From NCBI GenBank assembly GCA_041611735.1, contig JBFIML010000007.1, positions 32,001 through 96,000 on the forward strand: DNA of 64,000 nucleotides, written 5' to 3'. Source of the DNA: Myxococcota bacterium. GTDB lineage: Bacteria; Myxococcota_A; UBA9160; PR03. Each line of letters starts with the position of its first letter. Position 1 is the first letter of the stretch. The position numbers were made by a program, and so were the translations under genes. This document shows positions 1 through 12,021 of the stretch, one piece after another. The notes under the pieces were generated by a model. It searched no databases. It was not told the origin of the DNA and was given only the letters and a program-made list of their open reading frames with translations.

Positions 1-568
1 AGATCAGGTGGTGGGAGACCCGCAGCACGATCTCGGCGCAGATGGTGAGGGGGCTGTCCACGAAGGCGTCCAGCGTCTCGGTCACCGTGCCCTGCGTCGT
101 GTTCTCGACCGGCACCACACCGAGCTCGGCGACGCCGCGCTCCACCGCGGCGAACACCTCGGCGATCGAGGTCGCGGGCTCGAGCGGAGCGCTGGCGCCG
201 AACTGCTGCCGCGCGGCCAGGTGACCGAAGGTGCCGGCGGGCCCGAGGAAGGCCACCCGGAGCCCCTGCTCCAGGGAACGCGTGGCCGAGATGATCTCAC
301 GGAAGACGGCCTGGAGTGCCGGGCTCGGGAAGGGACCCGGATTGCCCGCCACCAGGCGCGCCACCAGATCCCGTTCACGAGCCGCCGCGTAGACGGGCGC
401 CGCGGCCCGGCGCTTGAGGCGCCCCACCTCCTGACCGAGCCGGGCCCGCTCGTTCAGGGCCTCGAGCAGCGCGGCGTCGATGCGGTCGATGGCCTCGCGC
501 AGCCGTTCGAGCTCCTGGCGCAGCTCCAGAGGCTCCGGAGCAGCGGTCTGGTCGCGGGATCCGGTCAT
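1..568 (-). CDS. pheA: Bifunctional chorismate mutase/prephenate dehydratase (partial, runs off left edge)
   Basis: Manually translated, not in ORF track: MTGSRDQ...LERLREAIDRIDAALLEALNERARL (AroQ mutase), then VAFLGPAGTF and GVVPVENTTQG (PDT). ATG at 568 with GGGAG upstream. Confidence 0.93.
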   Translation of the reverse strand, partial: MTGSRDQTAAPEPLELRQELERLREAIDRIDAALLEALNERARLGQEVGRLKRRAAAPVYAAARERDLVARLVAGNPGPFPSPALQAVFREIISATRSLEQGLRVAFLGPAGTFGHLAARQQFGASAPLEPATSIAEVFAAVERGVAELGVVPVENTTQGTVTETLDAFVDSPLTICAEIVLRVSHHLI

Positions 569-770
569 GCTCCCGTCCGTCGTGGGGGGGGCCGAGCGTT
601 CGCTGCACGGGGGAGTCCGCCTCGCGGGAGTCGCGCTAACCCCCTGAAAAGTGGGCGGGAAGGTATCCGAGGGCAACAGCAGCCGCAAATGCGCCGAGCC
701 GCGTTCCGCTGCTCCGGCGCGGGGTTGCGGCTCCGGGCTGGCCTGGGGCGGAAACCCGTCGGACCCCGCA

Positions 771-798
771 TCAAGGCGAGAGGCCCTGTGGTCGATAG
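771..798 (+). promoter_or_regulatory. Putative sigma28/FliA-like promoter TCAAG...GTCGATAG upstream of the diguanylate cyclase
   Basis: TCAA (771-774), 16 nt, GTCGATAG (791-798). The same spacing recurs before the Crp and EAL genes. Confidence 0.5.
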
Positions 799-825
799 GC
801 GGAGAACCCCCGGAGCGGCGAAGCC

Positions 826-2487
826 ATGCCCGTAAGCCAGGCCCCCCCCCGTCGGAGCCCCCGCCAATCCCTGGCGACGAAGATCATCTTCTTCGTCTTC
901 GTGTCCACGTTCGTGACGGCGCTGGTGGTCACGGGCATCTCCGTGCACTCCACCTACGCGTTCCTGCGCCGGGACATCGACCGCAGCTTTCCGGCCGCCC
1001 TGGAGCGGACCAGCGAGCGTTTGACGAACTGGCTGACGGACGGCCGCCTCCGGGTGGAGGAGATCGCGCGCAACGAGCGGCTTCGTAGCTGGCTGCTGGC
1101 TCGCCTGAACGAGGACCCCCTCGGGGAGGTTTCCGCGGGCCTGGACCCGATCCTCCAGGAGGAGCTGAGCCACGCCCGCACCTTCTCGAGTCTCGTGGTG
1201 CTGGACGCGGCGGGACGCGTGCGGGGGGCGATCGGGACCGACGCCGCCCCGTCCGAGGGGCTGCCGCCGGAGCTGGCCGGGTCCGCCTCCGCCACCCTGC
1301 GAGCCGTGAGCCTGGGCGGCGGCCCCATCCCCGTGGCCTCGGCACCGCTTCTCGACGGCGGGGGCCGCAAGCTCGGCTCGGTTCACGGGATCTTCCGACG
1401 CGACGGGCTCGCGACCCAGCTGCGCAGCGACCTGCTCGGGAACACGGGCAACGTGACCGTGGTGGACACCCAGGGGCTCGTGCTCACGGCGAGCCGCCAG
1501 CAGGGCGAGGATCGCGTGCCCCTCCAGGACCTGCTCGGCAACGACCGCCCCGAGGTGCGCGAGTTCGTCGCCGCCGACGGTCGCCGGGCCATCGGCATCG
1601 CGAAGCCGCTCGACCCCTTCGGATGGAACCTCGTGATCCACCAGCCCTTCGACCGGGCCTTCGAGCCGGTCTACTCGGTGGTCGGACGCATCCTGCTGAT
1701 CGACCTCGTGATCGTGCTGGCCTTCAGCTTCGCCGCCTGGAAGGTGACGGCGGCGGTGGTCCATCCGATCACGGCCCTCTACGAGGGCGCGCGCCGCATC
1801 TCCCAGGGCGAGCTCGAGGTCGAGCTGCCGGACACCCGCTCCCAGGACGAGGTGGGGCTGCTGACGCGCACCTTCAACGACATGATCCAGCGGTTGCGCA
1901 AGGACCGGCACGAGATCGAATCGGCCTACGAACGGCTCCAGGAGCAGAGCGACGAGCTGCAGCGGGCCAACGAGGTGCTCGAACAGCTCTCGATCACGGA
2001 CGGGCTCACCCGGCTCCACAACCACCGCTACTTCCAGGAGCACCTGACCCGCGAGATCAAGCGCGTGAGCCGGACCAACGAGCCCCTCTCCATGCTCGTG
2101 ATCGACATCGACGACTTCAAGCGGCTGAACGACCGCCTCGGGCACGCGGCAGGCGACGAGCTGCTGGTGCGCATCGCCCGGACCCTGAACGAATCGGTGC
2201 GCGCTTCGGACCTGCTGGCGCGCTATGGCGGCGAGGAGTTCGTGGTGCTCGCACCCGGCACGGAGACCGAGGGCGCCGTGAACCTGGCCGAGAAGATCCG
2301 CACCGCGGTGGCCGAGAGCTCCTTCATCCTCGACGACTCCATGCGCCTCACCCGGGTCACCGTCTCGATCGGGGTGGCCCGCTACGCCGGCAGCCGCCGC
2401 GACTTCTTCGAGGCCGCGGACAAGTCCCTGTATCGCGCCAAGGCGGCCGGCAAGAACTGCGTGATGGCGGCCGAAGAGGCCGCGTAG
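826..2487 (+). CDS. Membrane diguanylate cyclase (periplasmic Cache-like sensor, HAMP, GGDEF)
   Basis: Two TM segments, HAMP (DEVGLLTRTFNDM), SITDGLTRLHN, RASD I-site five residues before GGEEF. Confidence 0.93.
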   Translation: MPVSQAPPRRSPRQSLATKIIFFVFVSTFVTALVVTGISVHSTYAFLRRDIDRSFPAALERTSERLTNWLTDGRLRVEEIARNERLRSWLLARLNEDPLGEVSAGLDPILQEELSHARTFSSLVVLDAAGRVRGAIGTDAAPSEGLPPELAGSASATLRAVSLGGGPIPVASAPLLDGGGRKLGSVHGIFRRDGLATQLRSDLLGNTGNVTVVDTQGLVLTASRQQGEDRVPLQDLLGNDRPEVREFVAADGRRAIGIAKPLDPFGWNLVIHQPFDRAFEPVYSVVGRILLIDLVIVLAFSFAAWKVTAAVVHPITALYEGARRISQGELEVELPDTRSQDEVGLLTRTFNDMIQRLRKDRHEIESAYERLQEQSDELQRANEVLEQLSITDGLTRLHNHRYFQEHLTREIKRVSRTNEPLSMLVIDIDDFKRLNDRLGHAAGDELLVRIARTLNESVRASDLLARYGGEEFVVLAPGTETEGAVNLAEKIRTAVAESSFILDDSMRLTRVTVSIGVARYAGSRRDFFEAADKSLYRAKAAGKNCVMAAEEAA

Positions 2488-2569
2488 CGCCCCTTCTCCA
2501 TCCCGTCCGCCGCACGGGCAGCCGCGTCGCCGCCTTGTGAGCGCCGCGGGCGCCTGCCATGCTGGCCGG

Positions 2570-3172
2570 ATGACGCGCGTGGTCGGGCTCACCGGCGGGG
2601 TCGGCACCGGCAAGAGCAGCGTGGCCCGCCTGCTGGCCGAGCTCGGCGCCGTGGTGATCGACGCCGACGCCATCGTCCACGAGCTGCAAGCGCCGGGCTC
2701 GCCGCTCCTCGTCGAGATGGTGGAAGCCTTCGGTCCGGGGATCCTCGACGCCGAGGGGAATCTCGATCGCGCCCGGCTCGGCGAGCTCGTCTTCCGAGAC
2801 GAGGGCCTGCGCGCACGGCTGAACGCGCTGGTGCATCCGCGCGTCGCGCTGGAGATGGCGCGTCGCCTGGAGGAGGCGCGCTCCGCGGGGATGCCGCTCG
2901 TGGTGCTCGACATCCCGCTCCTGTTCGAGACCCGGGGAGCCGGAGGCGGGCTCGAGGCCGTCGTCGTGGTGTACGCCCCGGAGGAGACCCAGATCCAGCG
3001 CCTGATGGCCCGGGACGGTTTCGATCGGGCGGAGGCCGAGCGTCGCGTGCGGGCCCAGCTGCCGATCGAGGAGAAGCGGCGTCGGGCCGACCACGTGATC
3101 GACAACTCGGGGAGCCGGGCGAACACCGAGCGCCAGGTCCGCGCGCTCTGGGGGACGTTGTCGACGGGTTGA
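2570..3172 (+). CDS. coaE: Dephospho-CoA kinase
   Basis: VVGLTGGVGTGKS P-loop, IDADAIVH, LNALVHP, DIPLLFE, ADHVIDNSG. Start moved to ATG 2570. Confidence 0.95.
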   Translation: MTRVVGLTGGVGTGKSSVARLLAELGAVVIDADAIVHELQAPGSPLLVEMVEAFGPGILDAEGNLDRARLGELVFRDEGLRARLNALVHPRVALEMARRLEEARSAGMPLVVLDIPLLFETRGAGGGLEAVVVVYAPEETQIQRLMARDGFDRAEAERRVRAQLPIEEKRRRADHVIDNSGSRANTERQVRALWGTLSTG

Positions 3173-3176
3173 CCGA

Positions 3177-3204
3177 CTCCGGGGCGGTCCGTCCCGCCCC
3201 CCGG
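3177..3204. terminator. GC-rich hairpin between convergent coaE and trpA
   Basis: ccggggcgg...ccgcccccgg imperfect inverted repeat; no U-tract. Confidence 0.3.
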
Positions 3205-3211
3205 GAAGAGG

Positions 3212-4014
3212 TCAATGGGTCGAGAACGTCCCCGTCTTGAGCTCGGCGACGAAGCGGGCGGCGGACGTGACGGCCTGCTCGCGCGACCCGGCGGCGGCGA
3301 TGCGCTCCACGAGGGCGCTCCCCACCACCACGCCGTCCGCGAAGCGCGCGATGGCCCGGACCTGGGCGACGGTCTTCACGCCGAAGCCCACGCAGACGGG
3401 CACGTCCGAGAGGCGCCGCACCCGGGCGACGCCGCCCTCGAGCTCGCGCGGCAGCTCGTCGCGGGCGCCGGTCACGCCCGTCAGGGAGACGTAGTAGAGG
3501 AAGCCGCGGGTGCGGGCAGCCAGGCGGGCCAGGCGTTCCTCGGTGGTGGTGGGCGCGGCGAGCAGGACCGGTGCGATCCCGTGCTCCTCCACAGCCGCAA
3601 ACAGGGACTCCCCCTCCTCCGGGGGGAGATCCGCCACGATCACCCCGTCCACCCCCGCGGCTGCCGCCGCCTCGGCGAAGCCGCCCTCCCCGAGGGCGTA
3701 GACCGGATTCGCGTAACCCATCAGCACCAACGGAACATCCACCTGTGGACGCAGGGTTTTCACGAGCTCGAGGATCCGCCGCAGCGAAGCTCCGCCGCGC
3801 AGCGCCCGCTCGCTGGCCCGCTGAATCGTGGGGCCCTCCGCGATCGGGTCCGAGAAGGGCACGCCCAGCTCGATCACGTCCGCCCCGGCCTCGGCCAGGG
3901 CCACCACGATCGCCCCGGTGGTGGCCAGGTCCGGGTCGCCGGCGGTGACGAACGGCACGAGGGCGCGCTCTCCGCGACTCCGCAAGGCGCGGAAGCGCTC
4001 CGCCAACCGGCCCA

Positions 4015-4015
<1 letters not shown>
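3212..4015 (-). CDS. trpA: Tryptophan synthase alpha subunit
   Basis: FVTAGDP, IELGVPFSDPIAEGPTIQ, YYVSLTGVTG, ADGVVVGSALV. ATG overlaps the trpB stop. Confidence 0.96.
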
Positions 4016-5216
<1,201 letters not shown>

Positions 5217-5220
<4 letters not shown>

Positions 5221-5846
5221 TCGCTCTCCTCCGCCTGACGCACGGCCCGGATGAAGGCGGCGATGCGGGCCGGGTCCTTGCGGTGGCCCTCTCCCTCGAC
5301 GCCGGTGGCCACGTCGACGCCCCAGGGCAGCACGTCCCCCACTCCCGCCAGGGCCTCGGCCACGTTGGCGGAATTCAGACCGCCGGCCAGGATCACGTCG
5401 TGACCGGCGGCGATCAGGGCGCCCGCGTCGCTCCAGTTCCAGGCCTTGCCGATGCCGCCTCCGTCGCTCGGGTGGTCGAGCAGGAGGATCGTGCCCGGAT
5501 AGCGCTCCGCCGCCTCCGGGTCCGCGCCGCGGATCGCCTTGATGACGGGCAGATCCACCTCCTCCACCTCCTCGGGCGGCTCGTCGCCGTGGAGCTGGAT
5601 GCGCTCGACCTCGATGCGACGCAGCACCCGGTCCATGTCGGCTGCGGTGGGGTTGCGGAAGACCGCCACCCGCTCCACGCGACCTTCCACCCGCGTCGCG
5701 ATGGCCTCGGCGGCGCGCAGGTCCAGGGCGCGCGGTGAGCCCGGGACGAAGTTCAGTCCGAGTAGATCCGCCCCCGCGTCGACGGCCGCCGCGGCGTCGT
5801 CGGGGTGGATGACGCCACAGATCTTGATGCGAACACTCGCCGTCAC
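5217..5846 (-). CDS. trpF: Phosphoribosylanthranilate isomerase
   Basis: [33 protein letters not shown] start overlaps the trpC stop (GTGA). Confidence 0.93.
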
Positions 5847-6628
5847 GATGCTCCTCGTAGCCTCCTCAGCGCCAGGCCGACGTCCGGCTCGCGCATCAGC
5901 CCCTCGCCCACCAGAAGCGCATGGGCGCCGGCCGCCTCCAGCCGGCGCACGTCCTCGGGCCCGCACACCCCACTCTCGGCCACCACCACCACGCCTTCCG
6001 GCGCGCGCGGCGCCAGCCGCTCGGTCACCCCCAGATCCACCGCGAAGGTGCGCAGGTCCCGGTTGTTGATGCCGATCAGGTCTGCCCCGGCGGCCAGGGC
6101 CGTCTCGAGCTCGGCCTCGTCGTGCACCTCGACGAGGGCGTCCAGGCCGAGCTGCGCCGCCCGGGCGTGCAACGCGCCGAGCTGCGCGGGGTCCAGGGCC
6201 GCCACGATGAGCAGCACCGCGTCGGCGCCGTGGGCACGCGCCTCGTCCACCTGATAGGGGTCCAGCAGGAAGTCCTTGCGCAGGAGCGGCAGGGGCACGG
6301 CGCGTCGCACGGCGTCGAGCAGCACCAGCTCGCCTCCGAAGAAGCGCGTGTCCGTAAGCACGGACAGCGCGGCGGCACCCGCATCGGCGTAGGCCTTGGC
6401 GCAGCCCACCGGATCGAAGTCCGGCCGGATCTCGCCGCGGCTCGGCGAGCGGCGCTTGAGCTCCGCCACCACCCGCGGACGCGGGGCGCTGCGCAGCACC
6501 TCCCGGAAGCCGCGCGGCGGGTCGTCGCGGGCCGCCGCCCGGGCCGCCAGGTCCTCCGGCGCCAGGCTGCACTTGGCCTGCTCCACCTCGCGGCGCTTGT
6601 GCTCCAGGATCTCGGCGAGGATCGTCAC
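5843..6628 (-). CDS. trpC: Indole-3-glycerol phosphate synthase
   Basis: [44 protein letters not shown]. Confidence 0.96.
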   Translation of the reverse strand: MTILAEILEHKRREVEQAKCSLAPEDLAARAAARDDPPRGFREVLRSAPRPRVVAELKRRSPSRGEIRPDFDPVGCAKAYADAGAAALSVLTDTRFFGGELVLLDAVRRAVPLPLLRKDFLLDPYQVDEARAHGADAVLLIVAALDPAQLGALHARAAQLGLDALVEVHDEAELETALAAGADLIGINNRDLRTFAVDLGVTERLAPRAPEGVVVVAESGVCGPEDVRRLEAAGAHALLVGEGLMREPDVGLALRRLRGAS

Positions 6629-7653
6629 GGCGCCTCGCCCGCCTCCCGGCTGGCGCGCACCAGGGCCTCGAGCCGGGACCGGGCCGCCCCCTCGTCCAGG
6701 CTGCGGCGCGCCAGGGTCAGGCCGCCCCCCAGGTTCGCCACCGCCTCCGCCACCCAGAGCGCCGCGGCGGCGTTCAGCAGCACCACGTCGCGACGCGGGC
6801 CCGGCTCGCCCTCCAGCACCGCCCGCACCAGGGCGGCGTTCTCGCGGGCGTCCCCTCCCCTCAGGTCCTCGGGCCGTGCCCGCGGCAGACCGAGCGCCTG
6901 CGCGTCGATCTCGAGCCGCTCCAACCGCCCTCCGGCGAGCCAGGCGGCGTCGGTGGCGGCCACGGTGCTGATCTCGTCGAGCCCGTCGCGGCCGTGGACC
7001 ACCAGGGCCCGCTCGGCGCCGAGCCGCCCGAGGGCCCGGGCCAGGGGCTCGACCAGGAGGACGTCGTAGACGCCCACCAGCTGGCGGCGCACGCCGGTCG
7101 GGTTCACCAGCGGGCCGAGGCAGTTCATGAGGGTGCGGATGCCGAGTTCCTGGCGCACGCCGGCCACGTGACGCATGGCGGGATGGGCGCGGCGGGCGAA
7201 GAAGGGTGCGATCCCCACCTGGCGCAGCAGCTCCGCGGAGCGCGCCACGGGCAGGTCGACGCAGACGCCGAGCGCCTCGAGCACGTCGATGCTGCCGGCC
7301 CGGCTCGAGGCGGCCCGGTTGCCGTGCTTCGCCACCGGCACGCCGGCGCCGGCCACCACGAAGGCCGCCGCCGTGGAGATGTTGAACGTCGCGGCTCCGT
7401 CGCCCCCCGTGCCGCAGGTGTCCACCGTACGCGGATCGGGCGCCGGCGCGGTCGAGGCCCGGCTGCGCAGGGCGCGGGCGGCGGCCACGATCTCGTCCAC
7501 CGTCTCGCCCTTGGTGCGGAGCGCCACCAGCAGGGCCGCAATCGTCACCGCCGAGGCCTTGCCGTCCATGATCTCGCCGAAGGCGGCCTCGAGCACGTCG
7601 CCCGGGACCTCGTCCCCGCACACGGCCACGTCGATGGCGCGCCGCAGGCTCAT
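6625..7653 (-). CDS. trpD: Anthranilate phosphoribosyltransferase
   Basis: [30 protein letters not shown]. Confidence 0.96.
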   Translation of the reverse strand: MSLRRAIDVAVCGDEVPGDVLEAAFGEIMDGKASAVTIAALLVALRTKGETVDEIVAAARALRSRASTAPAPDPRTVDTCGTGGDGAATFNISTAAAFVVAGAGVPVAKHGNRAASSRAGSIDVLEALGVCVDLPVARSAELLRQVGIAPFFARRAHPAMRHVAGVRQELGIRTLMNCLGPLVNPTGVRRQLVGVYDVLLVEPLARALGRLGAERALVVHGRDGLDEISTVAATDAAWLAGGRLERLEIDAQALGLPRARPEDLRGGDARENAALVRAVLEGEPGPRRDVVLLNAAAALWVAEAVANLGGGLTLARRSLDEGAARSRLEALVRASREAGEAP

Positions 7654-8234
7654 GCCGCGGCCCGGCAGCGATCCAGGAAGTTGCGCAGCAGATCCCGGCC
7701 CGCGGGCGTGCGGATCGACTCCGGATGGAACTGCACGCCCTCCGCCGTCAGCGTGCGGTGGCGCAGGCCCATGATCTCGTGGTCCGGCGTCCGCGCGCTC
7801 ACCGCGAGCGCCTTCGGAACGCTCGCGGGATCGACCACCAGCGAGTGGTAGCGGGTGGCCTCCAGGGGCGACGCAAGGCCGCGGAAGACCCCCTCCCCGT
7901 CGTGCAGGATCGGGCTCGTCTTGCCGTGCATGGGCCGCTGCGCCCGCCGCACCCGGGCCCCGAAGGCGACGGCCAGGGCCTGGTGACCCAGGCAGACGCC
8001 GAGCACCGGCACGCCGGCCGCCGCGAAGCCGCGCAGGGCGGCCACCGAGACGCCCGCCCGCTCGGGCCCGCCCGGGCCCGGCGAGACCACGAGACCCTGG
8101 GGTGCACGCGCCCGCAGCGCCTCGGCCGACGCTGCATCGTTGCGGACTACCTCCACCTCGGCCCCGAGCTCTCCCAGGTACTGCACGAGGTTGTACGTGA
8201 AGGAGTCGTAGTTGTCGATCATGAGGATGCGCAC
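7650..8234 (-). CDS. trpG: Anthranilate/aminodeoxychorismate synthase component II (glutamine amidotransferase)
   Basis: [37 protein letters not shown]. Likely GTG start at 8234. Confidence 0.93.
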   Translation of the reverse strand: MRILMIDNYDSFTYNLVQYLGELGAEVEVVRNDAASAEALRARAPQGLVVSPGPGGPERAGVSVAALRGFAAAGVPVLGVCLGHQALAVAFGARVRRAQRPMHGKTSPILHDGEGVFRGLASPLEATRYHSLVVDPASVPKALAVSARTPDHEIMGLRHRTLTAEGVQFHPESIRTPAGRDLLRNFLDRCRAAA

Positions 8235-8278
8235 GATCGCGCCGAAAGCCGAGAGATGACGGAGGTTTATCAAAGGCC

Positions 8279-10723
8279 CTAGAGCACGTCAAGCAAGCCG
8301 AGACCGAGGCCCCTCCCCGTCCCGAAGGGGCGCACCGCATCGTCCCCGATCCCGATCAGCCGATAGCGGATGCCGAACGCGTAGCCGCGCTGGCGATCGT
8401 CCTCGATCTCGAGGCGGATCGCCCAGCAACGACAGCGCGAGATGTACTCGACGCCGCCCTGGTTGGCGATCGAGAGCGACGACTGGAAGCTGAAGGCGCC
8501 GCGGTAGGTGAGCGCCCACTGGGGCGTGAGCGCCGCGCGCAGCGAGAGCCCCAGCTGGTTGATGCGGTCGAAGTCCGCTCGAAACCCGCTGAAGCGCTCG
8601 TCGTCGAAGGCGAAGTCCTCGAAACGGCGCGGCAGCTCGCGCAGGTAGCGGTAGTCGAGGCCTGCCTCGTGGCCGCGGGGATGGCTCCAGCCGAAGGCCA
8701 TCAAGGCCTCGCCCAGGTTCCGGGCCTCCGGATCCCAGGCCACGTGGAAGCGGGCCGTGGTGGCCGGGAAGGGATACGTGCGTCCCTCCACGACCAGCAG
8801 GCCGAAGTCGCCCTTCTCGAAGAGGTACTCGGCCGCCAGGGTCAGATCCGCCCACACGCGGGTGCCGCCGACCCCTTCCGCGTGACCCAGGATGCGGTTG
8901 TCCAGGGCCAGCACGACGCCGTTGAACGGCTCGATGCGGTCCGCCGGGTCGCGTACCACGTTGTCGAGCTCGAGCTGGCGGACGCGGCGCTGGGGCAGCG
9001 CCGTGCCCGGGACCAGCAGCGGGTTGTCGCCCTGGCCGGAGTCGGAGACCCAGGCCCAGGCGACGCGCGGCGCCAGGAGGTGGGTGGCGGAACCGCCCGA
9101 AAAGGGCAGCCGGAAGCGGCGCCTGAGCCGCGTGCGCAGGTCCACCCGGGCGGTGAAGAGGCTGCGCTCCTCGAAGTCCTGCTCGGCCGTTTCGTAGAAC
9201 GTCCCGTGGTAGCCCACCTCCGGGAAGAGCTCGAAGCGGTCGCCGAGGCGCAGCGGCAGGCCGACGCGCGGGTTCACCACCAGACGCTGGCCCCGATCCG
9301 CCAGGGGCTCCCCTTCCTGGTAGATCCCGTCGCCTTCGGTGCCCGCCGGGTTCAGGACCGAGAAGTCGTCGCCGCTGCCATCGCCCATCACGACGGCGCC
9401 GCTCGGGTCCCGCTCCCGCCCGTTCGGAATCCCGTCGATGCCCGTGTCCAGGAAGAGCCCGGAGAGAGCGCCGATGCCGAGGTCGTCCTCGGCGCGGTCG
9501 GCGGGCTGGAAGTTGGCGTAGCGGACGTCGAGGGCGGCCAGCACGGGCAGCGGACCGAGCCGCCGGGGCAGCAGCGCCGCGCTGAGCTCCGGGAGGCGCT
9601 GGAGCAGGAAGTCGTCGCGATCCAGGTCATCCGGGTTCTGGAGGTCGTCCGCCACCTGCACGCCGCCGGCGAAGCCGACGCGATCCGACGCCCCGAAGTG
9701 CCGGGTGACGAAGCCCCTCGACTCCAGGAAGGGCTGCACCCGGGTCGGGGAGAGCTCGGCGAAGTCGAAGGAGTACAGATTGTCGGACATGGCCCGGGCA
9801 TCGACCTTGAGCCGCCAGTCGGCGGGCAGGAAGTGATCGTGGCGCCACTCGAAGGCCCAGCGGTCGTCGTCGAAGTGGGTGGAGGGATCGTCGGGATCGA
9901 GGTCGGTGTCGCGGATGTAGCTGGCCAGGGCCTCGCCCTGGGAACGTTCACCGAACACGTACTCGAGCTCGAGACGGGGCTTGAAGCCGCGCTCGAACAG
10001 CCACGACGGGGTCAGGATCACGTTCACGTTGGGGGCGGCGGCCCAGAAGAAGGGCAGCCCGAGGTCGCCTCCGCTGCGGCTGGTGACGCCGAACTCGGGC
10101 AGCAGGAAGCCGGTCTCGCGCTCCTTGCGCAGCGGATAGGTCATCCACGGCACCCACAGCACCGGAACGCCCAGCACGTCGAAGGTGGTGTTGCGCGCCG
10201 TGCCGGTGCCGTCCTCGGCGAGCTCCGCCTCCTGCGCCCGGATCGCCCAGGGGTCCCGACCGGGATCCGGACAGCGGCAGGTGGTGAAGCGGCTCTCGGC
10301 GAAGCTGTAGGACTCGGGCCCCGTCTTGCGCACCTCGCGGCCCTCGAGGCGGAAGTGGGTCTCCGGGGACTCGAGGCGCCCGTCGAACACGACGCCCTCC
10401 AGGGTCTCTACGTCGAACTGGACGAAGGCCGCGTGGAGGGAGTCCCGGCCCTCGCGGATCACCACGCCGCCGCTCGCCACGCCGACGCCCGTGCGCTTGC
10501 TGAGGCTCACCCAGTCGGCCGTCAAGGTGCGTCCTTCCTGGGTGATGCGCACGTTGCCCCGGGCCACGTAGAGCTCGCGCTCGCGCTCGTACTCCACCTG
10601 GTCGGCGCTCAGGTCCCAGGGTCCGCGCACGGCGATGGGGCGCTCCGGCGCCTCCTGCGCGTGCCCCGTCCAGGCGACGCCGAGCGCCAGCCCCACGAGC
10701 GCGATCGAGTAGCGGCGACCCAA
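8279..10723 (-). CDS. lptD: LPS assembly outer-membrane protein LptD
   Basis: Signal peptide, beta-jellyroll (ADQVEYE, ARGNVRI), [15 protein letters not shown]-terminal [12 protein letters not shown] beta-barrel end. Confidence 0.85.
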   Translation of the reverse strand: MGRRYSIALVGLALGVAWTGHAQEAPERPIAVRGPWDLSADQVEYERERELYVARGNVRITQEGRTLTADWVSLSKRTGVGVASGGVVIREGRDSLHAAFVQFDVETLEGVVFDGRLESPETHFRLEGREVRKTGPESYSFAESRFTTCRCPDPGRDPWAIRAQEAELAEDGTGTARNTTFDVLGVPVLWVPWMTYPLRKERETGFLLPEFGVTSRSGGDLGLPFFWAAAPNVNVILTPSWLFERGFKPRLELEYVFGERSQGEALASYIRDTDLDPDDPSTHFDDDRWAFEWRHDHFLPADWRLKVDARAMSDNLYSFDFAELSPTRVQPFLESRGFVTRHFGASDRVGFAGGVQVADDLQNPDDLDRDDFLLQRLPELSAALLPRRLGPLPVLAALDVRYANFQPADRAEDDLGIGALSGLFLDTGIDGIPNGRERDPSGAVVMGDGSGDDFSVLNPAGTEGDGIYQEGEPLADRGQRLVVNPRVGLPLRLGDRFELFPEVGYHGTFYETAEQDFEERSLFTARVDLRTRLRRRFRLPFSGGSATHLLAPRVAWAWVSDSGQGDNPLLVPGTALPQRRVRQLELDNVVRDPADRIEPFNGVVLALDNRILGHAEGVGGTRVWADLTLAAEYLFEKGDFGLLVVEGRTYPFPATTARFHVAWDPEARNLGEALMAFGWSHPRGHEAGLDYRYLRELPRRFEDFAFDDERFSGFRADFDRINQLGLSLRAALTPQWALTYRGAFSFQSSLSIANQGGVEYISRCRCWAIRLEIEDDRQRGYAFGIRYRLIGIGDDAVRPFGTGRGLGLGLLDVL

Positions 10724-10758
10724 GCGCTGCCCCCCCGCCCGCGCAGCGGGCGGCGCTC

Positions 10759-10788
10759 ACCCTACCCCACGGGATCGCCAGGGGTCAA
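10759..10788 (-). promoter_or_regulatory. Putative sigma70 promoter for lptD (TTGACC-18-TAGGGT)
   Basis: Read on the minus strand upstream of the lptD TTG. Confidence 0.4.
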
Positions 10789-11462
10789 CGCGGCGCGGGC
10801 GGGGCCGGGCTTGCGGCTTGCGGGAGGCAGGCGCAGAGGGCCTGCGGATCGGGGATCACGAGGGCGTCGTCCTCCAGCCGCAGCAGCTTGCGCTGGAACA
10901 GCCCCTCCAGCGCGCGGTGGCACTCGAGGAGCGAGAGCCCGGTGTCCGCGGCGAGCTCCCGCAGACTGGTCTGCAGGCGGACCGCCTGCCCTTGCGTCCC
11001 CGTGCGCCGCAGCAGCGAGCGCACCACGGGCTCCCGCAGGTCCGGAATCCCGATCCCGGCCAGACGCCGCTCCAGCTGGGACACCCGGGCGCACAGGCGC
11101 GCCACGATGCGGAGCGCGATCTCCGGCCGCTCGAGGCACATGGCTTCGAAGGTGGCGCGATCGAGCTCGAGCAGCTGCGTGGGGGCCCGGGCCACCGCGC
11201 GCTGCGTGCGCGGCTGGCCGAGGAGCAGGTCGTCCTCGCCGAAGAGCTCGCCGGCGCCGGCGCACCCCAGGAGCCGCGGGCCGCAGGGCCCGGGCCGGGA
11301 GAGCTCCACCTCCCCGGCCTGGATGGCGTAGACGCAGCCGGCCGGCTGGCCCACGTCGAAGACCACTTCGCCCGACGCCACGGCCCGGGCAAAGACCTGG
11401 CTGGGCGACTGCCCGGCCTGCCGAGGAGGGGCGGGATGCGGCGGGGCGGGGTCCGGGGCCAC
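10785..11462 (-). CDS. Crp/Fnr family cyclic-nucleotide-binding regulator
   Basis: GEVVFDVGQP, YAIQAGEVEL, GELFGEDDLL..PRTQRAVA (cNMP domain), C-terminal HTH (SLRELAADTGLS). Start uncertain. Confidence 0.8.
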   Translation of the reverse strand: MAPDPAPPHPAPPRQAGQSPSQVFARAVASGEVVFDVGQPAGCVYAIQAGEVELSRPGPCGPRLLGCAGAGELFGEDDLLLGQPRTQRAVARAPTQLLELDRATFEAMCLERPEIALRIVARLCARVSQLERRLAGIGIPDLREPVVRSLLRRTGTQGQAVRLQTSLRELAADTGLSLLECHRALEGLFQRKLLRLEDDALVIPDPQALCACLPQAASPAPPAPR

Positions 11463-11469
11463 GGCAACG

Positions 11470-11497
11470 ATTTCGACCGGCGGGGAGCAGCGCTTGA
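11470..11497 (-). promoter_or_regulatory. Putative sigma28-like promoter TCAAG...GTCGAAA upstream of the Crp gene
   Basis: Minus strand: TCAA (11497-11494), 16 nt, GTCGAAA (11477-11471). Confidence 0.45.
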
Positions 11498-11511
11498 GGG
11501 TGCGGTGGGCC

Positions 11512-12021
11512 TCAGGCCGGACCGGCGCGGCGGGCCAGCAGGCCATCCACGGCCTGCTCGAGATCCGCCCCGTCCACGACACCGAGGTGCAGGGAATCGA
11601 TGCGGCCCTCGGCGTCCACCACCACGAGGGCCGGGAAGCCGGGGGCCCCGTAGTCCCGGGCGAGCGCCTCGCTGCCCAGCAGCACCGGGTAGCGGATGCC
11701 GTGCTCGCGGGCGAAGGCTGCCACCACCTCCGGGCCCTGCACGTCCACGGACACGCCGAGCACCACAACGCCCTCGTCGCGCCGGACCTCGTAGAAGGCG
11801 TTCAGCACCGGGATCTGGAACACGCAGGGCGCGCACCAGGTGGCCCAGAAGTCGATCACCACGAGCCGCCCGCGAAAGCTCTCCAGGGAGACCGGACGGC
11901 CTTCCAGGTCCGGCAGCGTGAAGGGCGGCGCGAGCTCGGCAGCCTCCGGTGCCTGCGCCTCGGAGCAGGCCAGGGCCCCGAGCGCGAGCGCCAGGCGCGC
12001 CAGCCCGACCCGGCGCCTCAC
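11512..12021 (-). CDS. TlpA/ResA-like thiol-disulfide oxidoreductase, probable lipoprotein
   Basis: LALGALAC lipobox, APPFTLPDLEG, IDFWATWCAPC. GTGA overlap with ccdA. Confidence 0.9.
   Translation of the reverse strand: MRRRVGLARLALALGALACSEAQAPEAAELAPPFTLPDLEGRPVSLESFRGRLVVIDFWATWCAPCVFQIPVLNAFYEVRRDEGVVVLGVSVDVQGPEVVAAFAREHGIRYPVLLGSEALARDYGAPGFPALVVVDAEGRIDSLHLGVVDGADLEQAVDGLLARRAGPA

Noticed and set aside
668-735. c-di-GMP-I (GEMM) riboswitch suggested by GGGCAAC...CGCAAA...GGGGTTGC
   Set aside because: No GNRA-capped P2 stem or tetraloop receptor; the spacing does not fit.
565-3126. Long antisense and alternate-frame ORFs (e.g. 565-3126, 8669-11497, 37245-39560, 50668-54255)
   Set aside because: Arg/Pro/Gly/Ala-rich shadows of real genes, expected at very high GC, with no family motifs.
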